DNA from: Polyangiaceae bacterium
Lineage (GTDB): Bacteria > Myxococcota_A > Polyangia > Polyangiales > Polyangiaceae
Reading direction: 5' to 3'
Length of the DNA stretch: 35,050 nucleotides
Assembly: GCA_044222475.1 (NCBI GenBank)
Contig: JBGANF010000087.1
Location: 1-35,050, forward strand
Position 1 is the stretch's first letter. Each line of letters opens with the position of its first letter. Made by a program: the position numbers and the translations under genes. The notes beneath the pieces are model-generated. The model was given only the letters and a program-made list of their open reading frames with translations. It was not told where the DNA came from and ran no database searches. Positions 27,950-35,024 of this stretch are shown here, in pieces.

Positions 27950-28819
27950 ATGCAGCGGTCGATGGCTTGGGTCGTTGGTTTCTCGGCAGTGCTCTTTCTC
28001 GGCTGCAGCGACGATCCCACCGGAACCTCGCCGCCACCGGGAGACGATGCAGGTACCGTCGTCGACGAGGACGCGGGTGCCGTCGAGGATGCGCCGCCTT
28101 CGCCTGCACTTTGTCACTCCGGCGGGGCCGCGTGTAGCGATGGCGTCGCGTGCTGCGGCGACCAGAAGTGCGAATTCGGCTACTGCAAGCCCGCCGACGG
28201 CACGCAGTGCCGGGGCTTCGGCGCCGACTGTTCCGCGAGCAAGTGCTGCCAGGGTAAGACCTGCACGAAGTTCGCGTTCGGATCGCGTTGCACGATCGCG
28301 ACGACATGTACCAAAGAGGGATCGCCGTGCGCCGACAGCGGCAACTGCTGTGGCGGTCTCACCTGCCGAGGTGGCGTCTGCGCGCCGCCGCTGCGCGAGG
28401 CGGGGTGCAAGGTCATTGGCGAGACCTGCGGGACCACGCAGACGTGCTGTCCGTCGACGCCGTACTGCGAGAGCATGAAGTGCTGCATTCCGTCGGACTG
28501 GGCCAACGTGTCGTGCGGGAAGAACGCCGACTGCTGCTCGGGCTCGTGCAAAGGCGGCATCTGCCTCGTCTCCGGCCTCGGTGGCTCGTGCACCTTCGAC
28601 GCCGACTGCGGACAGAAGTACGACTCGCCCGTCACCGCACCCCGCTGCGGCGTGACCGGCACCTGCTGCGTGCCGCAGAACGGTACGTGCTCGTCTCCGA
28701 GCGACTGCTGTTCGGGATCGTGCACGAACGGTACGTGCGGTTGCCTCCCGAAGGGCACGACGACGAACGACGTCGGAAGTTGCTGCAGCAAGCTCGCGGT
28801 CAACAAAGTCTGCGCCTGA
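27950..28819 (+). CDS. Lipoprotein made of tandem C-C-CC-C-C Cys-rich modules
   Basis: FLGC lipobox, Asp/Ala/Gly linker, 6 complete and 2 degenerate six-Cys modules. Start could be 27914, 27950 or 27962. Confidence 0.8.
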   Translation: MQRSMAWVVGFSAVLFLGCSDDPTGTSPPPGDDAGTVVDEDAGAVEDAPPSPALCHSGGAACSDGVACCGDQKCEFGYCKPADGTQCRGFGADCSASKCCQGKTCTKFAFGSRCTIATTCTKEGSPCADSGNCCGGLTCRGGVCAPPLREAGCKVIGETCGTTQTCCPSTPYCESMKCCIPSDWANVSCGKNADCCSGSCKGGICLVSGLGGSCTFDADCGQKYDSPVTAPRCGVTGTCCVPQNGTCSSPSDCCSGSCTNGTCGCLPKGTTTNDVGSCCSKLAVNKVCA

Positions 28820-28826
28820 CGAGCCT

Positions 28827-31394
28827 CTAGAGCGTCGACGGTTCCGACGCGAGGACCTCTCCCACTTTCGTGGTCAGCTGGGCCAGGGTGAAGGGCTTGG
28901 GGAGGAACTGAATCCCGGCGCCCGGCACGCCCTGACGAATCACCGAGTTCTCCGTGTAGCCCGACACGAAGAGCACGCGTAGCCCTGGCTGGCGCTCGCG
29001 CACCGCGAGCGCGAGCGCGTGACCGCCCATCCCGGGCATCACGACGTCCGTCAGGAGCAGGTCGATCGGGCCGCCGTGTCGTTCGAGCATCGCGAGCGCA
29101 TCCGCGCCGCCGCTCGCAGGGAGCACGCGATAGCCCGCGCTCTCGAGGGAGCGCGCCATCGACGCCCGGAGCTGGGCGTGATCTTCCACGAGGAGGACGA
29201 TCTCGCCCGCGCCACGCACGGGCTCGACCTCCGCCGGCGGAGTGTCGACGGTCGTTCGCTTCGAGCGCGGAAGATAGACCTTGAACGACGTGCCGTTGCC
29301 GGGCTCGCTGTAGAGGAAGATGCCTCCGCCGGCTTGCGCGACGATGCCGTGGCAGGTTGCGAGGCCGAGTCCGGAGCCGCCGGGTTTGGTGGTGTAGAAC
29401 GGATCGAATGCGTGACGCTGGGCGTCGGGTGACATGCCCTCGCCGGTGTCGGTGACGGCGAGGCGCACGTAGTCACCGGCGGCGAGACCGTCGACGCCGG
29501 CCGAGTGGCGATCGTCGAGGTGAACGTTCGCGGTTTCGATGGTGAGCTGACCGCCATTGGGCATCGCTTCGCGCGCGTTGACGGCGAGGTTCATCAGGAC
29601 CTGCTCGATCTGCCCTGGGTCGGCCTCGACCAACCAGAGATTCTCGGCGGGCAGCGTCTGGAGGTCGACGTCCTCTCCGAGGATGCGGCGCAGCAGTCGG
29701 TCGATGCCGACGACGAGCTCGTTGAGGTCGATCGCTCGGGGCTGCACGACCTGTCGCCGCGCGAACGCGAGGAGCTGCCGGGTGAGATCGGCCGCTCGAA
29801 GGGCTGCCCCACGGATCTCGCGAACGTCGGCGACGGCGGAAGAGTCGGCCGGGAGGCTGCCCAGGGCGAGCTCCGAGTACGCCAACATCGCCGCCAAGAG
29901 GTTGTTGAAGTCGTGCGCGATCCCACCGGCGAGCCGACCGATGCCTTCGAGGCGTTGCGAGTGGGCGAGCTTCTCTTCGAGGTTGTGGCGGTCGGTGACG
30001 TTGGTGAGGAATCCTTCGATCGCGACGAGCCCCTCGTCGGCGAAGACTCCTGCCGCGACGTCGACGACCCAGTGCCACTGCCCGCCCTTGCTCCGGATTC
30101 GATACTCGTGGGTGAAGGGCTTGCGGGCTTCGAGACACGCCTTCCATTTGTCCCGAAGTGGGATGACGTCGTCCGGGTGGATGAGATCGCCGAAGGCGAC
30201 CGCTCCGTCGCCGACGAGCTCGGCGGCGTCGTAGCCGGTGACGGCTTGCGCACCAGGGGAAACGAGCTCCATCGTCCAGTCGTCGTCGTTCTTCCGGCGA
30301 TAGGCCATCCCTTGGATGTTCGCGAGCAGCGCGGCGAGCGCGCGCTCTTGCTCGCGCAGCGCCTTCTCTGCCGCGAGGCGAGCGGTCACGTCGCGTCCGT
30401 GGAGGAGGATGCCGTGGATGGCCGGATCGTGGGTGAGGTTGATGCCGCTCGCGTCGAGGATCCGTATGCCTCCGTCCTTTGCCCGCATGCGCAGGGTGTC
30501 GCGCACCGTGAACCCGGGGACGGACATGAGCTTGTCCATGTTGGGAGCGACGATCGGGCCGTCGCTGGGATCGAGCAGCTCTCCGACGGAGCGGCCGCGG
30601 AGCTCGGTCGGTGCGTAGCCGAGCAGTCGTTCGACCGCCGACGAGATGAAGCGAATCCGCGAGTCGGCCTCGATGACCACCACGATCTCGTCGACGCGAT
30701 CGATGACTGCGCGGGCGAACTGCTCGTGCTGGCGCGCCTCGCGTACGGCCTGCTCGTGGGCGCGCTGCGCGGCGTCGAGCTCGGCGCGTTGCCTCACCAG
30801 CTCGTCCAGCGCCGCGCGCGGTGCGAACCCGCTCACCACCGAGCGAAGTCGATCGCGCAGCCGCGGCTCGGCCGAGGTGACCATGTAGCGACCATGCCGC
30901 GGCGAGAGCTCGAGCTCGACCTGGGCCGGAGGCCGCCCGACCACGATGGGAAGCGCTTCGAGGACGCCCACGCCGATCCGAAACCAACTCGGCGGTGCGT
31001 CTGCGTATCCCGGCCGCACGCGGATCTCGAGGGCCGTCCGACTCTCGCCGAGGAGCTTCGCGTCGAAGGTCGCGTGGCGGTAGTACCCCGGCGCGAGCCA
31101 GCGAACCGCGAACGCGACGACCGGAGTGGAGACGACCGCACCGAGTCGCGAGATCGGTGCGACGAGCCGCGTCGTGACCATGCGCCGTCCGAGCGCGACG
31201 AGGCCGTCCGCACCCACTGAGCGCTCGAGGCGGACGCAGAGCTCTATGAGGACGTCCCAGTCGAAGCGGCCTCGCGGGGCGTGCAGCGCCTCGCGGTCGA
31301 CTGGGAGGCCGTCGAGCCAGGCGTCGATATCGACGCGCTCCTCGCGCGCCGCGTCCTCCATCGCCAGGTAGACGAGATTCGAGATCTCCTCCAT
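28827..31394 (-). CDS. Hybrid sensor histidine kinase/response regulator (N-terminal sensor, 2 PAS, HisKA, HATPase, REC)
   Basis: H-box GIAHDFNNLL, N-box MNLAVNAREAM, DTGEGM, FDPFYTTK, GSGLGL; REC LLVED…LLTDVVMPG…KPF; PAS ends RDVT and TNVTDR. Start at 31394 (TACGCT 6 nt upstream). Confidence 0.93.
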   Translation of the reverse strand: MEEISNLVYLAMEDAAREERVDIDAWLDGLPVDREALHAPRGRFDWDVLIELCVRLERSVGADGLVALGRRMVTTRLVAPISRLGAVVSTPVVAFAVRWLAPGYYRHATFDAKLLGESRTALEIRVRPGYADAPPSWFRIGVGVLEALPIVVGRPPAQVELELSPRHGRYMVTSAEPRLRDRLRSVVSGFAPRAALDELVRQRAELDAAQRAHEQAVREARQHEQFARAVIDRVDEIVVVIEADSRIRFISSAVERLLGYAPTELRGRSVGELLDPSDGPIVAPNMDKLMSVPGFTVRDTLRMRAKDGGIRILDASGINLTHDPAIHGILLHGRDVTARLAAEKALREQERALAALLANIQGMAYRRKNDDDWTMELVSPGAQAVTGYDAAELVGDGAVAFGDLIHPDDVIPLRDKWKACLEARKPFTHEYRIRSKGGQWHWVVDVAAGVFADEGLVAIEGFLTNVTDRHNLEEKLAHSQRLEGIGRLAGGIAHDFNNLLAAMLAYSELALGSLPADSSAVADVREIRGAALRAADLTRQLLAFARRQVVQPRAIDLNELVVGIDRLLRRILGEDVDLQTLPAENLWLVEADPGQIEQVLMNLAVNAREAMPNGGQLTIETANVHLDDRHSAGVDGLAAGDYVRLAVTDTGEGMSPDAQRHAFDPFYTTKPGGSGLGLATCHGIVAQAGGGIFLYSEPGNGTSFKVYLPRSKRTTVDTPPAEVEPVRGAGEIVLLVEDHAQLRASMARSLESAGYRVLPASGGADALAMLERHGGPIDLLLTDVVMPGMGGHALALAVRERQPGLRVLFVSGYTENSVIRQGVPGAGIQFLPKPFTLAQLTTKVGEVLASEPSTL

Positions 31395-31400
31395 CGGGCG

Positions 31401-31424
31401 AGCGTATCGCGGATGGGGTAATCT
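31401..31424. promoter_or_regulatory. Back-to-back -10 hexamers for two divergent genes
   Basis: TACGCT on the minus strand (31401-31406) lies 6 nt before ATG 31394, and TAATCT on the plus strand (31419-31424) lies 6 nt before ATG 31431, in a 36-bp intergenic gap. Confidence 0.6.
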
Positions 31425-31430
31425 TCCATC

Positions 31431-32555
31431 ATGGGCCTCACCTCGCGCGCCAGTTTTCTCCCCCTCGCAGCTTTGACGTTGGCCGCATGCGGATCGAGCA
31501 GCGATCCCACGGTCACGCCCCCGCTCACGAACCCTCAGGACGGCCCGCCAGCGGGCTGGGCGGACGGCAAGGCCGCGATCCCCGCCGAAGCGCAGGCCGA
31601 AGACGTTTCGTCTCCGACCACCGTGATTGGTACGGGTACGCCAGCGAGCTGCACCGGCGACGCCTTCGTCGCGGCGGTGGCGAAAGGCGGAGTGATCACC
31701 TTCAACTGCGGGCCCGACCCCGTGACGATCACCCTGACGTCGACCGCAAAGGTCTTCAACGACAAGGGCACCAAGCTCGTCATCGACGGCGGAAACAAGG
31801 TGTCCCTCAGCGGCGGCGGCAAGACGCGCATCCTCTACATGAGCACGTGCGACAAGGCGCAGGTCTACCCGCCGGGCCCGGGGAACTGCAACACGAACCC
31901 CGGCGTTCAGCTCGTCGTGCAGAACATCACGTTCATCGACGGCAGCGCGAAGGGCATCCCCGAAGGGCAGAACAACGGTGCGGGTGGCGGCGCGATCTAC
32001 GCTCAGGGCGGCAGCCTCAAGGTCTTCCACTCGCGCTTCTTCAACAACGTCTGCGACGACCTCGGCTCCGACCTCGGCGGCGGCGCGATTCGGAAGCTCG
32101 ACTACTTGGTCGCGCCCGGTGCCGGTCCGGCCCGCCCGGTGTGGGTCGTGAACAGCACGTTCGGCGGCAAGCCCGGTCTCGGCAACTCGTGTGCGAACGG
32201 CGGTGCGCTCAGCAGCATCGGCGTGTCGTGGAACATCATCAACAGCTGGTTCTCCGACAACACGGCGGTGGGTCACGGCGCGAACAGCGGCCAAGGCGGC
32301 AACGGCGGCGCGATCTACAACGACGGCAACGAGATCGTGATGAACGTCACGAGCAGCCTCATCGAGAACAACAAGGCGAACGAAGGCGGAAGCGCGATCT
32401 TCTTCGTCAGCAACGACAAGAGCGGCACGATCACCATCAAGGACTCGATCACCCGCGGGAACCCGCGCGGCACGTTCGAGACGCCGAACCTCTTCGGCTT
32501 CTACGTGATCGCCAAACAGCCGGCGATCATCATCAACTCGCAGATCCTGCGCTGA
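31431..32555 (+). CDS. Lipoprotein with right-handed parallel beta-helix (Pmp-like GGAI/FxxN repeats)
   Basis: LAAC lipobox; GGAIY, FFNN, GGAIR, GGALS, FSDN, GGAIYNDG, GSAIF repeats. Confidence 0.85.
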   Translation: MGLTSRASFLPLAALTLAACGSSSDPTVTPPLTNPQDGPPAGWADGKAAIPAEAQAEDVSSPTTVIGTGTPASCTGDAFVAAVAKGGVITFNCGPDPVTITLTSTAKVFNDKGTKLVIDGGNKVSLSGGGKTRILYMSTCDKAQVYPPGPGNCNTNPGVQLVVQNITFIDGSAKGIPEGQNNGAGGGAIYAQGGSLKVFHSRFFNNVCDDLGSDLGGGAIRKLDYLVAPGAGPARPVWVVNSTFGGKPGLGNSCANGGALSSIGVSWNIINSWFSDNTAVGHGANSGQGGNGGAIYNDGNEIVMNVTSSLIENNKANEGGSAIFFVSNDKSGTITIKDSITRGNPRGTFETPNLFGFYVIAKQPAIIINSQILR

Positions 32556-32695
32556 ACAAGAGCGGCACGATCACCATCAAGGACTCGATCACCCGCGGGA
32601 ACCCGCGCGGCACGTTCGAGACGCCGAACCTCTTCGGCTTCTACGTGATCGCCAAACAGCCGGCGATCATCATCAACTCGCAGATCCTGCGCTGA
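32416..32695 (+). repeat. Exact 140-bp tandem duplication of the 3' end of the beta-helix gene
   Basis: 32416-32555 and 32556-32695 are identical base for base (acaagagcggc…cctgcgctga). Confidence 0.97.
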
Positions 32696-32708
32696 GACGG
32701 CTCGGGTT

Positions 32709-34157
32709 TCAGTTCGGCGGCGGGAGCGGCGGCTTCGTGTCGTCTTGGACGCACGAGCTGAGATCGAAGAAGAGGAACTCGAGCGCGTTCTCGTTCTTGA
32801 CGTGCTGGTCGGAGTTGCTGCGGGTGGAGCACCACGCCGGGAAGCTCCCGGTCGTCGTGTAGGACGAGCCGGAGAGGTGCACGTCGCTGAAGACGGCGCG
32901 GCCGCACTGGTTGTCGGGCTGCTGGCCGACCGGCGCGTTGAAGCTGAGGTAGAGCGTGTTCGACGACGCGTTGTCGTAGATCCAGCGCGTCGCCTTGCCG
33001 GGCGTCACCGTGCCGACGCTCGCTCGCGTGTCGGAGAGGTTGATCTGCCCGAGGGTGCTCGACGGGTCGATGTTCTTCAGCCAGTCGGCCATCGCCTTGC
33101 CGCGCGGGAAGCTCGTGTCGATGATGTACGGGGGCGTGGTGATCGTGAACGAGTCACCCTTCCACTGCGCGACCGAGTTCAAGTCAGGCGTGCCCTTGCA
33201 GGTCGTGTCGCCGCCGCACTGCGTCGAGTTGGCGAAGAAGTTGTAATAGTAGTGCGTGCTGAAGAAGCGACCTCCGCTCTCGAGGTACTGCTTCATGTTC
33301 GCGTAGCCGGTCGGCGAGAGGCGATCGTAGGTGTTGCACTCGCAGCCGCTCATGATGATGTCGAACTGCTTCATCACGTTGATGTTGTTCCAGAACGACG
33401 ACGTGTTGCCGGCGCCGGCCGCGAGGGGCTCGGTGTAGCCGCCCTGTCCGCGGTACATCTGCACGCGCGCGTTGGTGTTGCCGCTCGGGCCGCCGAACTC
33501 CGAGGCGTCGATGCCGATGGTGCTCGAGAGGAAGCACTCGGCGTAGTCGCACCCGCTCGTGTAGGCGATCTTGGGGATGTTGTCGTCGGCGTTACCCTCG
33601 TTCTGCTTCTTGGGCAGGCGCAGGAACGACTCGACTTGTCCCGGTTGGGTACGCGTGTTGAAGCGGTTGTCGACGCACTGGGAGACTTCGCTGAGGATGA
33701 CCTTCCGGCGCCACTTGCCGAGCTGCATGACGAGCGGGATGTCTTTGCCGACGGGGACGTTCTTCAAGACGAAGACGCCCTTCTCGTCGGTCGTGGCGGA
33801 GACGACGGGCGAGCCCGACGCTGGCGCTTGGCACTGGGTGCACACGGGACCCGTCGTGATCGGATCGAGCGGCTTGTTCGGGACGTAGACGAACACGTTG
33901 TAGAGGGGCGTCGTGCCCTTCGGGTCGTAGACGACGCCGGTGACTGTCGTGTTGCCGGTGGTGCAGGTGACCTGCTGGCACTGCAGGTTCTGGCAGGGAC
34001 CGCTCGCTTCGCCGCCCGCGTCGGGGAGCTCGAACGGGTTGCCGTCCGGATCGACCGAGCCGTCGCCGTTGTTGTTGAACACGTTGTTGTTGTTCGTGCC
34101 GCACCCCAAAGCGGTCACGATCACGCACGCCCCGAGGATCGTCTTCCACGCGCCCAT
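32709..34157 (-). CDS. Cys-containing lipoprotein with carboxypeptidase-regulatory-like domain (myxobacterial family)
   Basis: GGAGG upstream of ATG 34157; ALGC lipobox; TTVTGVVYDP.G..PLYNV.VYVP, TTDEKG.F.L.NVP.G..IPLV.QLGKWRR, CGRAVFSDVH, LEFLFFDLSSC. Confidence 0.85.
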   Translation of the reverse strand: MGAWKTILGACVIVTALGCGTNNNNVFNNNGDGSVDPDGNPFELPDAGGEASGPCQNLQCQQVTCTTGNTTVTGVVYDPKGTTPLYNVFVYVPNKPLDPITTGPVCTQCQAPASGSPVVSATTDEKGVFVLKNVPVGKDIPLVMQLGKWRRKVILSEVSQCVDNRFNTRTQPGQVESFLRLPKKQNEGNADDNIPKIAYTSGCDYAECFLSSTIGIDASEFGGPSGNTNARVQMYRGQGGYTEPLAAGAGNTSSFWNNINVMKQFDIIMSGCECNTYDRLSPTGYANMKQYLESGGRFFSTHYYYNFFANSTQCGGDTTCKGTPDLNSVAQWKGDSFTITTPPYIIDTSFPRGKAMADWLKNIDPSSTLGQINLSDTRASVGTVTPGKATRWIYDNASSNTLYLSFNAPVGQQPDNQCGRAVFSDVHLSGSSYTTTGSFPAWCSTRSNSDQHVKNENALEFLFFDLSSCVQDDTKPPLPPPN

Positions 34158-34229
34158 GTCGAACGCCTCCCAGCGCGCGCAGTTTGACCTTTGCACTCCC
34201 GAAACGCCAAGGGAAAAACGATAACTCTG

Positions 34230-34270
34230 TTACGTGGAGCTTACGTGAAGCTTGCGTCGCGCGTGACGCA
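34230..34270. promoter_or_regulatory. 11-bp direct repeats plus palindrome, candidate regulator binding site
   Basis: TTACGTGGAGC TTACGTGAAGC TTGCGTCGCGC (34230-34262) and inverted TGCGTC-N6-GACGCA (34253-34270) in the divergent intergenic region. Confidence 0.4.
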
Positions 34271-34281
34271 CGGCGCCATGG

Positions 34282-34318
34282 GAGAGGGAAACCGCCAGGG
34301 CGCCAGGAGCGCCAGGGG
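34282..34318 (+). repeat. REP-like repeat, copy 1: GAGAG…ACCGCCAGG(R)GCGCCAGGAGCGCCAGGG
   Basis: gagagggaaaccgccagggcgccaggagcgccagggg; near-identical copies at 34895 (direct) and 34987 (inverted). Confidence 0.85.
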
Positions 34319-34341
34319 CCGAGCCGCGATACCCTTCGGGG

Positions 34342-34896
34342 GTGGGACGAGCGGGATTTCTCGCGGCTTTGACCTTGTCCCTCTCGGCCTCCGCTGCGAG
34401 TGCGGACGAATCCGACGTGCTGGTTCGCTTGTCGGCTGACGATGTCGTTCTTCAGCAGCGACGGATCGTCGTCCGCGCGGACGGGGAGGAGTCCTCGTGG
34501 ATCGAGGCGTGCGCGGCCCCTTGCGATCGGCGGTTGCCTTTGGGCGGCGAGTACCGCGTCGACGGCGCTTGGATCATGCCGTCGAAGCCGTTCTCGCTGA
34601 GGGAGCGCGCTCTCGGCAACCAGGTCGCGATCGGCGTCGAACGGTCGTCGAGCGTGGCGTTCGGTGCGGGGATCGGGATGATCGTGATCGGGGGTGCGGC
34701 CTCGGTCGTCGGTGCCGGGTTCACGTTCGTGGGAAGCGCGCGCAACACGATGGCGTGTCCCGAAGGCTGTGCGGTCCCGGGGTTTCTCGTGGGGGGCCTC
34801 ATCTCGCTCGGCGTGGGTCTCGTCATGACGATCATTGGCATCGTGATGGTCCACGACACGGCGCGGTCCCACTTGGCCTTCAGCGCTCGGTTTTGA
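34342..34896 (+). CDS. Secreted/membrane protein (signal peptide, small beta domain, two C-terminal TM helices)
   Basis: GTG start 6 nt after TACCCT; signal …SASAASA|D; C.APC motif; two Gly-rich hydrophobic segments. Confidence 0.7.
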   Translation: MGRAGFLAALTLSLSASAASADESDVLVRLSADDVVLQQRRIVVRADGEESSWIEACAAPCDRRLPLGGEYRVDGAWIMPSKPFSLRERALGNQVAIGVERSSSVAFGAGIGMIVIGGAASVVGAGFTFVGSARNTMACPEGCAVPGFLVGGLISLGVGLVMTIIGIVMVHDTARSHLAFSARF

Positions 34897-35024
34897 GAGG
34901 ACCGCCAGGAGCGCCAGGAGCGCCAGGGACGTACGCGATCGATGAGGGGGGGGTGCGGTCGCATCGGGTGACCGACCCTCTCCCTTCTCTTGGCGCCCCT
35001 GGCGCCCCTGGCGGTTTTCTCTCT
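34895..35024. repeat. REPIN-like inverted pair of the same repeat forming a long hairpin
   Basis: Copy 2 gagaggaccgccaggagcgccaggagcgccaggg (34895-34928). Copy 3 at 34987-35024 reads agagagaaaaccgccaggggcgccaggggcgccaagag as reverse complement. The spacer holds a further G-run/CT-run pair and the hairpin cggtcgc-atcgg-gtgaccg. Confidence 0.85.

Noticed and set aside
28827..32294. 1155-aa version of the hybrid kinase, and extended N-termini of ORFs 7053-8717, 7673-10033, 10202-12040, 10748-12253 and 11547-12767
   Set aside because: The extensions overlap well-supported genes on the same or opposite strand; internal starts have signal peptides, SD sites, -10 boxes or simply begin after the neighbouring gene ends.
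32416..32695. Diversity-generating retroelement VR/TR pair (a ~140-bp repeat at a gene 3' end)
   Set aside because: The copies are identical with no adenine-specific mismatches, and no reverse transcriptase is in the window.
32416..32695. attL/attR-type duplication from an integrated element
   Set aside because: Nothing lies between the copies and no integrase is present.
31487..32695. 402-aa ORF ending in the same C-terminus as the beta-helix protein
   Set aside because: An Arg-rich off-frame shadow ORF that only picks up that C-terminus by running into the duplicated 140 bp.
34895..35024. Integron attC site after the last gene
   Set aside because: It is a long hairpin after a stop codon, but it lacks the RYYYAAC…GTTRRRY core sites and no integron integrase is visible.
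34282..35024. CRISPR array
   Set aside because: Only three copies, mixed orientation, internal 9-bp periodicity, irregular spacing and no cas genes.
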